Positions 20,600 through 27,780 of a stretch of 64,000 nt of DNA are shown piece by piece. This DNA is from Escherichia coli (GTDB lineage Bacteria > Pseudomonadota > Gammaproteobacteria > Enterobacterales > Enterobacteriaceae). A model generated the notes under the pieces. The model was not told where the DNA came from. It was given only the letters and a program-made list of their open reading frames with translations, and ran no database searches. The translations under genes were made by a program, and so were the position numbers. Within the stretch, counting starts at the first letter, position 1, and each line of letters opens with the position of its first letter. The stretch lies in NCBI RefSeq assembly GCF_003991155.1, contig NZ_CP031293.1. One strand, 5' to 3'.

Positions 20600-21054
20600 T
20601 CGCTGAATTCCTTATATTGTTGCCGAGTTAACTGATAAAGCGTTACGCCGACGGGTTTACCACATCTGATATAAGCATCATCAAGGTGACCAACACGGGT
20701 AGCGCCAAGCAAACGGATAATTGCCCGTCCATATTTTGTGGTGTCAGGAACCATAGTGATGCTGTTAAGGAATGGTGAGTTTTCGAGAAGCCATTTGCAG
20801 AATAATCGATGCCCTTGCAGTGCATATTCACCACGGAATCCGGGGTCGTACACCGCATGGCATTCAACAACGCTATGCCAGAAGTTACGCACTTCATGAA
20901 CGCCAGCCAGCACTAATCCTTCGTAGATGCCGAGATATACCGCATCAGGCTTGATGTAGTACGTGTGCCCCGGCTCAACAATATTTTCGGTATTGCCTGG
21001 CTCGTTAAGAAAGGCCTGTAATCGCACAGGGTTATCAATAAATTTTAGTTCCAT
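20593..21054 (-). CDS. 153-aa protein, possible acetyltransferase-like fold (P22 gp14-sized)
   Basis: ORF contains DPGFRGEYALQGHRLFCKWLL, which resembles GNAT motif A. First large gene of the cassette. Assignment is tentative. Confidence 0.5.
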   Translation of the reverse strand: MELKFIDNPVRLQAFLNEPGNTENIVEPGHTYYIKPDAVYLGIYEGLVLAGVHEVRNFWHSVVECHAVYDPGFRGEYALQGHRLFCKWLLENSPFLNSITMVPDTTKYGRAIIRLLGATRVGHLDDAYIRCGKPVGVTLYQLTRQQYKEFSEC

Positions 21055-21070
21055 GCGATGCCATCCATTT

Positions 21071-21232
21071 TCACATACAGCCTGCCAGCGCCTTATCTAT
21101 TAACCCTCGTGCAATTTCATGCAGAGTTGGCGCTACTCCAATTCCTGATTTTTTACGCTGCTCTTCCTGAATTTTCTTTATCGCTTCCATTTGCTTCTCA
21201 CTTATCAATACCGGCTTTACTGAAATAGCCAT
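21071..21232 (-). CDS. 53-aa possible ribbon-helix-helix protein
   Basis: AAGGGGGG RBS before ATG 21232 (MAISVKPVLISEKQMEAIKKI...). The longer 96-aa ORF-track version would include an intrinsic terminator, so the internal start is preferred. Confidence 0.45.
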   Translation of the reverse strand: MAISVKPVLISEKQMEAIKKIQEEQRKKSGIGVAPTLHEIARGLIDKALAGCM

Positions 21233-21328
21233 AACGCCCCCCTTAGAACTGTATAAAACAACAGTTATTATAGTTTCACAAATCGCAATATTCATCATCG
21301 TAATTGCAAAATATGAAACAAATAGCAC

Positions 21329-21361
21329 AAAAAAATGCCACCGCTCAGTAGCTGGTGGCAT
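21329..21361 (-). terminator. rho-independent terminator ending the primase operon
   Basis: On the minus strand: ATGCCACC-N11-GGTGGCAT followed by TTTTTTT. Confidence 0.7.
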
Positions 21362-21681
21362 CGTTCTGTGTGTCAGGTTTTGACAGGTTTTTTATGGACT
21401 CTAAAAACTATATTTATGGTATCGCATTACTCTTCACGGCAGGTGCTTTTCAGTTCTGCCCTTGCTTCTGGCTCCATTGGTAATTTGATTCGCGATCAGC
21501 TATGCGGATGGTTTGCTGAACAGGCATAACAACTTCTCAGAGGCTGTTTTTTGAACTACGAAAATTTCGTAGTGCTCACTTTCAAAAACGTCACGCCCTT
21601 GTACACAGGATTTTACGAAAGTCTCGTAAAACACTCTCTGATGCCAGCCAGGTGTTGTGCGCATCAATTCAGTCACATTGT

Positions 21682-21799
21682 GTCGGTTCAAAATACCGTG
21701 TTGTTGGTTCAGTGTTGGTTCAATAAAAAGAATAAAATCCTTATAAAACAATACACTTTACAAATTGAACCAACTGAACCAACTGAACCAACACCTTTT
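21682..21799. repeat. iteron-type replication origin adjacent to the primase gene
   Basis: GTCGGTTCA and two GTTGGTTCA (21682, 21703, 21714), a 43-bp AT-rich spacer, then three contiguous TGAACCAAC (21766-21792). 21756-21799 is the exact reverse complement of 13507-13550. Confidence 0.75.
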
Positions 21800-21817
21800 C
21801 TACGCACATGAAGAAGC

Positions 21818-24577
21818 TCATTCTTCAGATGAGTTATAATCTCCTGGCTGGTAATTGAGTACATAAACGTTTATTTGTCGTCCCTGAATACGTGGTGATT
21901 TTCTTTGGTATCCACGACCGCTGTTTGGTGGGGTTAGCATCCCGGCTTTTTTCAACACTTCAGCAAACTGTTTTGCGTTGAAACCACATGCGATCTCCTT
22001 TTCAAATGTGGCCGGGAATGTGTAGAAAATCATTGGGCTTTCGTCATGTTCTCCACGCTGACGGTATCCGGCTAAATCTTTGATGGGCAAATCTGCCGGG
22101 CTGTATGGAAATGGTGCAAAACGGCTAAGCCCATAGGCATTAAGAAATGCCTCCGTTTGTTCAATAATCTGCTGATGCTCTTTGTTACCTGTGCCGAACT
22201 CGCGCAACCATGCGTTATAGCTGTGCTGTATCGCATCACGGCATGTCTGAGCATCCCAGCCTGTTACAACCTCGCCTAACAACAATGCGGCCTCCAGAAT
22301 GGCAAATCGCGCGGCTACACGGTGAACCTGCTCACCATAATCGGATGGGATCAGGCTTCTCCATCTGCTTTCGCAATCACGAACGGTTTTAATAGCCTGT
22401 TGCTGGTGGTGTGCCAGCCATTTAATCCACTCACGCCCGGACGCGCCGTGGTGATGCTGGTAAGCGTCTTTCAGTGCGTCTGCGTGCTGTTTTCCGTTCT
22501 GGTAATCGTGAAAGCGTACTGCTTTACTCAACGGAATATTCAGCAGTCGCACCAGTTGCCCGGCTTTGGTTTTTCGCCCGGAAGTAGCGATAAATGTTTC
22601 TAAATCCATTTCTCCGGTGCTGATTGCCACTGTACGCCAGCGTTTTAGATCCCGGTTTCCACCATCTTTAGCGCCTTGCAGTTTCCCTACACCGTTAAAT
22701 AACGCATAGGCAGACTGTGAAACGCTGACAGGATCAGCGCCCTGACCAACTTCATCAAGCGGCATTAGTCCGTCATTGTGGGCGGCGGCCTCATTTGCCA
22801 GCCCCAGCGCGGTTCCGTACCACGTCAGCCGCAGTAAATCAGGGTTGCCGTATAAGCTGCTCGCCACGTTTGCCGTGGTGGTCTTACCTGCGCTCGACTG
22901 CTCATAGAAATGAATGCCGAACCCGTCAGCGCCCACCAGCCCAATCAATGGCGCTGCCAGTGCTGCGCCGATCCCGGTCATCATTGAATAGTTACCAAAG
23001 GCCAGACGCGCCACGTTATCACGCCAGCTTTTCGCGCTCCCTGAGACGGTATATCCGGCTGCGGCTGAGCTTCTCCCGCTGAACAGCACAGGATTTTCAG
23101 GTGTTCCGATGATTTCCCCATCAGGCATGATGTACGCTCCGCATTGCCAGCCAGTGGCATGAGCAACACGCCACAATTCACGAGAGCCACTGCGTTGTAG
23201 CCAGTCTGCCAGTATTGCTCTGAGGCTGCTTTTGGTCGTGACATTTACCCCACCAGCTTTAAGTGTGCGCCATCCTTCACGTTCACCAATATCAGCCAGT
23301 GGAATGGCAGCGGTTGTCGGCGTTTCAGAACCAAACGACAGCCAGCGAAGAATGAGATACTGGTCTTTATCGTCTCTGCCAGTACCGATAACGCTTAACG
23401 GAGAACATAACCAGCTTTCGTTATTGATGATTTCTCCACTCTGGCTGTCAGCTCTCGGAGATACCCAATAAATACCATCCTCGCGGCTTTCTATTCTTGG
23501 TTTCAGTGGGTCGGTATCCATAACCTTAAAATCGCTTCCCTCAATGGTCTGTGGCTCCTGTTTCACGCCATTACCCTGTGGTTGGTACATTGACTTATTG
23601 AACGCTTCTGTGGCGCATTTAATGCCGTGTTTTTGGTGGTAATCATTCCAGTCTGCTTTGTGATCTGTCGGGGGTAATGCCACCCATCCAGAAACAGATA
23701 AAGCTGCTTTTTCTGCTGCTATTCTCCCCGTGTTTTGTCTTCCTTCGCTGTGGTCGTTATCCGCAGCAATGATGATTTGTGCTGAAGGAAATTTATCCCG
23801 CAGTACCTGGGCGACATATAACAGGTTCCCGGCATCAATCGCCGCCACTGTCAGCGCCTCTGGACGAATTAAATGGGCAGATAATGCCGTTGCCAGACCT
23901 TCTGCGATTAAGATGCTCTGTGTTGTTTCTGGTGCGTTTATGGCGTGATATGCCCCCCGCTTTGCTGAACCTGTCAGGAGTCTTTTTTCACCATGTGAGG
24001 TAATAGTCTGTGCTGCTGTGACTGCGCCGGATTTATCCACCAGCGCCAGCAACAGAGATCCATCGGGCAACACGGGGAATGTAAAATCACCTACCCCTTT
24101 CGCAACCAGATAATCAGATTTGCCGTTTACAGCCTTTCTGCGCATGTCATCAAACTGACGGGAAAACGTATCCCGTCTTTGTTGTTCGTCCTTCTCTGCC
24201 CTTTTCAGGCGCTCCTGTTCGCGTCGCTGGCGCTCGGTTTCCAGTTGTTCCCGTTTCTGGCTGGTGGCTTCTGGTGTTTCCGTTGTCCGGTAATCAATAC
24301 CCAGAACATCAGCGGCAAGAAGCGCCGCCTCTGTTGTGTCGCAGTTATTTACGCGTTTAATTAAATCCAGCCCATCACCAGCGCCGCACTGATTACAGAT
24401 GAAGCTACCGCGCCCGTTGTCATCGAACCGGAATCGATCTTTGCCCCCACATGCAGGGCAGGGAGCATGACGGCGCGGAGAGTCAGGGACATTTATGTTC
24501 AGGCAGCCCAGCACATGAGGCCAGTTGTTTTCAGACGCACTGATAACCTGACGGATAAGATCAATGTTTCGCATCAC
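21818..24577 (-). CDS. primase-helicase (Zn-ribbon + TOPRIM + DUF927/P-loop), functional analogue of P4 alpha
   Basis: Zn ribbon CPACGGKDRFRFDD...FICNQCG; TOPRIM-like ILIAEGLATALS...IIIAADND; Walker A YEQSSAGKTT. GTG 24577 or ATG 24574 start overlapping the upstream stop. Confidence 0.85.
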   Translation of the reverse strand: MMRNIDLIRQVISASENNWPHVLGCLNINVPDSPRRHAPCPACGGKDRFRFDDNGRGSFICNQCGAGDGLDLIKRVNNCDTTEAALLAADVLGIDYRTTETPEATSQKREQLETERQRREQERLKRAEKDEQQRRDTFSRQFDDMRRKAVNGKSDYLVAKGVGDFTFPVLPDGSLLLALVDKSGAVTAAQTITSHGEKRLLTGSAKRGAYHAINAPETTQSILIAEGLATALSAHLIRPEALTVAAIDAGNLLYVAQVLRDKFPSAQIIIAADNDHSEGRQNTGRIAAEKAALSVSGWVALPPTDHKADWNDYHQKHGIKCATEAFNKSMYQPQGNGVKQEPQTIEGSDFKVMDTDPLKPRIESREDGIYWVSPRADSQSGEIINNESWLCSPLSVIGTGRDDKDQYLILRWLSFGSETPTTAAIPLADIGEREGWRTLKAGGVNVTTKSSLRAILADWLQRSGSRELWRVAHATGWQCGAYIMPDGEIIGTPENPVLFSGRSSAAAGYTVSGSAKSWRDNVARLAFGNYSMMTGIGAALAAPLIGLVGADGFGIHFYEQSSAGKTTTANVASSLYGNPDLLRLTWYGTALGLANEAAAHNDGLMPLDEVGQGADPVSVSQSAYALFNGVGKLQGAKDGGNRDLKRWRTVAISTGEMDLETFIATSGRKTKAGQLVRLLNIPLSKAVRFHDYQNGKQHADALKDAYQHHHGASGREWIKWLAHHQQQAIKTVRDCESRWRSLIPSDYGEQVHRVAARFAILEAALLLGEVVTGWDAQTCRDAIQHSYNAWLREFGTGNKEHQQIIEQTEAFLNAYGLSRFAPFPYSPADLPIKDLAGYRQRGEHDESPMIFYTFPATFEKEIACGFNAKQFAEVLKKAGMLTPPNSGRGYQRKSPRIQGRQINVYVLNYQPGDYNSSEE

Positions 24578-24932
24578 CGTACCCCACGTGGTCTATAGCG
24601 TTTGCGATATGGCTAACCAGCATCTGCCACTTGGTTATTCCGTAATCAGTCAGCATGCCATCATTGTTTAGCCACATATCAAATTCAGCGGTTGTCGCAA
24701 GTTTCCACTTATCGCCGTGGACAGTCCTCATTGCTGGGTACATGAATGCGCAAATCAGATCACAAACATCTGACGGCTTCAGAGATGTAGTAATGGTGCG
24801 TCCCTCTGGCGTCTGAATTGCCATTTTCTCTTCACCAGTAGAATGAAGGTTATGAATCCACACAGCACCAGCAATCTTTGCCACCTGCTCTCCGATTGCG
24901 GAGCTAAGCGCCATTTCTGCATTTTCACGCAT
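24561..24932 (-). CDS. hypothetical 123-aa protein (paralog family B)
   Basis: GGAGG RBS. 8-nt overlap with the upstream stop. Shares ...YP...DG-LTD-G--WQ-(M/L)V with the 113-aa ORF. Confidence 0.55.
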   Translation of the reverse strand: MRENAEMALSSAIGEQVAKIAGAVWIHNLHSTGEEKMAIQTPEGRTITTSLKPSDVCDLICAFMYPAMRTVHGDKWKLATTAEFDMWLNNDGMLTDYGITKWQMLVSHIANAIDHVGYGDAKH

Positions 24933-25266
24933 GAGAACCTCCCGCTACAGTTGCGCCCATGTCATTAACCATGCTTTGCCATATCTCACGCCCGACGTCA
25001 GTCAATCCGTCCTTAGTGACGCAACGTTCAAGAAGCTCGATCCCCACGGTTTCCCACTGCGGGTAGAACACTTTCATGGCTGCCAGTGTGTAGCTATCGA
25101 TCAGGCTGCGAACGCCTTTTACTCCATTGACGATTTCCACACGGACGGCCTCGCCGTCCGCATCAACCATGAAATAGTCCCCGCCGCTGGTGGAGGTAAT
25201 GTGGTTATACAGTGCCGACGCATACTTATTTGCCAGCGCATTCAGTCGGAAATTTTTAGTAATCAT
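24925..25266 (-). CDS. hypothetical 113-aa protein (paralog family B)
   Basis: GGAG RBS 5 nt upstream. C-terminal motif is FYPQW...KDGLTDVGREIWQSMV. Confidence 0.55.
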   Translation of the reverse strand: MITKNFRLNALANKYASALYNHITSTSGGDYFMVDADGEAVRVEIVNGVKGVRSLIDSYTLAAMKVFYPQWETVGIELLERCVTKDGLTDVGREIWQSMVNDMGATVAGGSHA

Positions 25267-25276
25267 GGCTCCATCC

Positions 25277-25879
25277 TCAGTGCGTCACTGGTTCCGCTGG
25301 CATGCCGTTTTCATTCAGTTCAGCTATAAAGCTGTTGTGAAGTTCAGCAAGCGTTTCACGCCCAAATGGAGTCAGTGCTCCTTGTTCCACATCCATCATG
25401 GCTCTGTAGAAAATAATGGCGCGTTCTGTGCCAGACTCGATGCCAAAACGTTCTATCATCGCGCCCTCAATGTTGTTTGCCATAGCGAGGCGCTCTGCTA
25501 CTGGATACAGCGGCATGGCGACGATGCCGTTGGAATAAACAGCCACTTCGGAAGGATTGCCAGTATCATCAATGATGCTGACAGTGCCGTTTTCCTCTCT
25601 CATTTCCAGCATGAATACTGTTGCGATCAGCCATCTCCACATAATGACGTTATGCTGTGATGTGTAATCGAAATATCCCTGGTTACCGCCATCGGCAATA
25701 GCGAGATGTATTGACATACCTTCATCTGGTTTATCGTCATAATCCCCGGCATCCAGACGATTTACGGCATCAATATATGAGATGGCCTCAACGCGTTCTG
25801 TCATGCCATCGTTGCTGCGGTACATGATGTTTACGCCGTCAGGCGTTGCTTCTGCATGGAAAGTTAAGAAATTATTCAT
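25277..25879 (-). CDS. hypothetical 200-aa protein (C-terminal half related to family B)
   Basis: Internal start MNNFLTF with a GAGG RBS, overlapping the upstream stop by 8 nt. The C-terminal half carries LYPVA...GALTPFGRETLAEL. Confidence 0.5.
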   Translation of the reverse strand: MNNFLTFHAEATPDGVNIMYRSNDGMTERVEAISYIDAVNRLDAGDYDDKPDEGMSIHLAIADGGNQGYFDYTSQHNVIMWRWLIATVFMLEMREENGTVSIIDDTGNPSEVAVYSNGIVAMPLYPVAERLAMANNIEGAMIERFGIESGTERAIIFYRAMMDVEQGALTPFGRETLAELHNSFIAELNENGMPAEPVTH

Positions 25880-26093
25880 GTTTCGCCTCGCCTGAATGAT
25901 TCTGTAACTCATATTTGCCCAACAATTCGTCCGCTTCCTGAATAGCTTCTGGTACGCCATTGAGCAGTGACATAACCGCGCCAATCATTAACTTGTCTCT
26001 GTTGCTGGGGCTGGCCCCTTCAAGCCAGAACCCTAAAACAGTCTGAACCTGTTCGATGCGACATTGCGCTTCAATGAGCTGGATGTTGGTCAT
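25872..26093 (-). CDS. hypothetical 73-aa helical protein (paralog family A)
   Basis: Its start overlaps the upstream ORF's stop by 4 nt. Predicted two-helix pattern. Confidence 0.45.
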   Translation of the reverse strand: MTNIQLIEAQCRIEQVQTVLGFWLEGASPSNRDKLMIGAVMSLLNGVPEAIQEADELLGKYELQNHSGEAKHE

Positions 26094-26353
26094 TTCGCAC
26101 TCTCCACATCGATTAAACCGATATCTATCAGGGAGGTAACTTTTTGTAGCCAGCTATTGATTACTGTCGCCTGTTCCCCTCCCACCGAGGGAACAATCTC
26201 ATTCATCACATGAACCAGACCTGTGCGCGCTCTGGTAAGCCGTTCAGTCGCGCAATCTGCGGGAGTGAATGTGTCTGGATATGGCTCTTCACGCCCCAGC
26301 AATGATTCAATTTCCAGCTCACACGGATGACGATAAATTAAGTTGATATTCAT
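26090..26353 (-). CDS. hypothetical 87-aa protein (paralog family A)
   Basis: Its start overlaps the upstream ORF's stop by 4 nt, and its own stop is overlapped by the downstream start in the same way. Confidence 0.45.
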   Translation of the reverse strand: MNINLIYRHPCELEIESLLGREEPYPDTFTPADCATERLTRARTGLVHVMNEIVPSVGGEQATVINSWLQKVTSLIDIGLIDVESAK

Positions 26354-26544
26354 TTTTCACCCCCAAGAATTACCAGCTCGGCACGGGCATCGTTAACCAA
26401 AGATGAGCACGCTTTAATCGCATCCACGACATCAGCAGCGTCCATTTCTTCAGCCGAAAGACTGACAGCAACCAGGACAGCCGCTGCTTGCTCGATTAAT
26501 TGAAGTGCGGACGTAAGTCGAGGGGCATTAATTGAGTTATTCAT
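26350..26544 (-). CDS. hypothetical 64-aa helical protein (paralog family A)
   Basis: Start MNNSINAPRL with a G-rich RBS. 8-nt overlap with the upstream stop. Confidence 0.45.
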   Translation of the reverse strand: MNNSINAPRLTSALQLIEQAAAVLVAVSLSAEEMDAADVVDAIKACSSLVNDARAELVILGGEK

Positions 26545-26755
26545 TGGTTGCCCCCGTTTTTCCTGGCATTTCGCCACCTTCCAGCAGGAAATGAACGTCA
26601 CGAACGGCGAGATCCAATATCGCGAGTAACGCCTTCAGTCTTTCGTCTCGTGAGGGAGAGTTGCTCACCAGAATGTCGTTAATCACTTCTGTCAGTGTGA
26701 TGATCTGGCTTGTGCGTTCGAGGGGATCCATATGCACATCGTAGGTTTTAATCAT
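26537..26755 (-). CDS. hypothetical 72-aa helical protein (paralog family A)
   Basis: ATG 26755 preceded by GGAGGTGG; it overlaps the icd-like stop. It is the C-terminal part of the 355-aa composite reading frame listed in the ORF track. Confidence 0.5.
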   Translation of the reverse strand: MIKTYDVHMDPLERTSQIITLTEVINDILVSNSPSRDERLKALLAILDLAVRDVHFLLEGGEMPGKTGATNE

Positions 26756-26942
26756 GAGCCACCTCCATGCGGATACGACCAGCAAAAAAGCAGACGTGAT
26801 CGCGCACCAGAGAACGGCGAGCATCGCGTTCAGACTCGGCAGCAATATGATGAATTTTGGCGGTAATTGTCGAGCAATCGCGGCGAACTGCGGCGATAAT
26901 CCAGATAAATTGCGGTTTTTGGGTAGGGGTAGTAGCCAGCAT
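26748..26942 (-). CDS. Icd-like (cell-division-inhibitor-like) small protein
   Basis: ATG 26942 with GGAGG 7 nt upstream. MLATTPTQKPQFIWIIAAVRR...AAESERDARRSL resembles proteins I remember as annotated Icd-like in P4-like islands. Its RBS is complementary to the upstream antisense RNA. Confidence 0.5.
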   Translation of the reverse strand: MLATTPTQKPQFIWIIAAVRRDCSTITAKIHHIAAESERDARRSLVRDHVCFFAGRIRMEVAHD

Positions 26943-26951
26943 GTGGCAGCC

Positions 26952-26991
26952 TCCATTCGATAGCATGTAACGCTACCACCGGAAACGCCAA
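26952..26991 (-). promoter_or_regulatory. downstream target pair of the CI/C4-like RNA (seqC-like), covering the icd-like RBS
   Basis: Minus strand reads TTGGCGT...TCGAATGGAGG. The two boxes are complementary to ACGCCAA and TCCATTCGA in the RNA loops. Confidence 0.55.
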
Positions 26992-26997
26992 TTTCGC

Positions 26998-27077
26998 TGG
27001 TGGTAGCCCAGACAGGGTTGGCGTAACCGGCTCGAATGGATACCGGCGCTTCCGAAGAAGCCCCTGCCTGAGCCACC
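26998..27077 (-). ncRNA. P4 CI / P1 C4-like antisense immunity RNA (tRNA-like acceptor stem + ACCA 3' end)
   Basis: 80 nt. GGUGGCUCAG pairs with CUGGGCUACC (10 bp, 2 G-U), followed by ACCA. Internal UUCG-capped hairpin GCUUC-UUCG-GAAGC. Exposed UCCAUUCGA and ACGCCAA have complements both upstream and downstream on the same strand. Confidence 0.6.
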
Positions 27078-27144
27078 ATTGATTGACAAAGGCGCTGGAT
27101 TATACACCAACGCCCAAAAAATGGGTGAGTCAGACCTACGACAT

Positions 27145-27166
27145 AAAAAAAGACGCTCGGCGCGTC
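27145..27166 (-). terminator. intrinsic terminator just after the upstream RNA target pair (immunity terminator-like)
   Basis: Minus strand: GACGC-gccga-GCGTC followed by TTTTTTT. It lies inside the 355-aa ORF-track frame. Confidence 0.55.
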
Positions 27167-27174
27167 ATATGTCG

Positions 27175-27198
27175 CCATTCGATTTACTAGGACGCCAA
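27175..27198 (-). promoter_or_regulatory. upstream target pair of the CI/C4-like RNA (seqA-like)
   Basis: Minus strand: TTGGCGT-N9-TCGAATGG. Same two boxes in the same order as the downstream pair. Confidence 0.5.
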
Positions 27199-27597
27199 TC
27201 CCGGCACCCGTTTTATGAGGTGCCTTATAACCATAAACCGTGTTGCCGCATAACGGCAAGCTCTTTTTTATGGACTCCGAAAACTCGCTATTGGAAGCAC
27301 CAGATGCACAGTACATCGCGCTCATTTCGTTAACGTCACGCGCGTGGACGAATGTTTTTGTGGAGTCACTACACGAGCGGAAGACATCATCTACGACCAG
27401 AAATTTTCTGGCGCAGCCGCTGACCTTCTCAATGCTAATATCATCGCCCGAGATTTCTGATATGGTTAAGGCATCCGTTCCGACCACCAGCAAATGATAA
27501 ACTTTGCTTGTATCTGCTGTATTAATGCCTGACTTTGCCGTCATATTGCTGGATTTTGGCGACATACCAGCCAGTGAAAATGTCTTCTTCTGGACGG

Positions 27598-27780
27598 TTA
27601 GCATTTGTTAACCTCCGCGAACTCCTTCATGAAACGCGCCAGCGGTTGTACGCATGGCGATTGATACCCGTCGCGATAAAACGTCACTCGGTTGTGAGAC
27701 ACGCTTTCGACAGTAACGAGTGCTCCGTGGGCATCTTTGTAGCGTTTTTGTGGTTGTGGTGTTCCTGTTGGCTTAGACAT
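27598..27780 (-). CDS. hypothetical 60-aa protein
   Basis: ATG 27780 with a GGAGG RBS, overlapping the antirepressor stop by 8 nt (MSKPTGTPQPQKRYKDAHGALVTVESV...). Confidence 0.5.
   Translation of the reverse strand: MSKPTGTPQPQKRYKDAHGALVTVESVSHNRVTFYRDGYQSPCVQPLARFMKEFAEVNKC

Noticed and set aside
26537-27604. 355-aa ORF in the six-frame track, the largest unexplained protein in the island's early region
   Set aside because: The frame runs through an intrinsic terminator (27145-27166), a tRNA-like structured RNA with a CCA end (26998-27077) and its target boxes. Two SD-led ORFs are nested in or after it: the icd-like ORF in another frame, and the 72-aa ORF in the same frame from 26755. 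The ATG at 27604 does have a GGAGG RBS and overlaps the upstream stop, so a short leader ORF may be translated. A single 355-aa protein is not credible.
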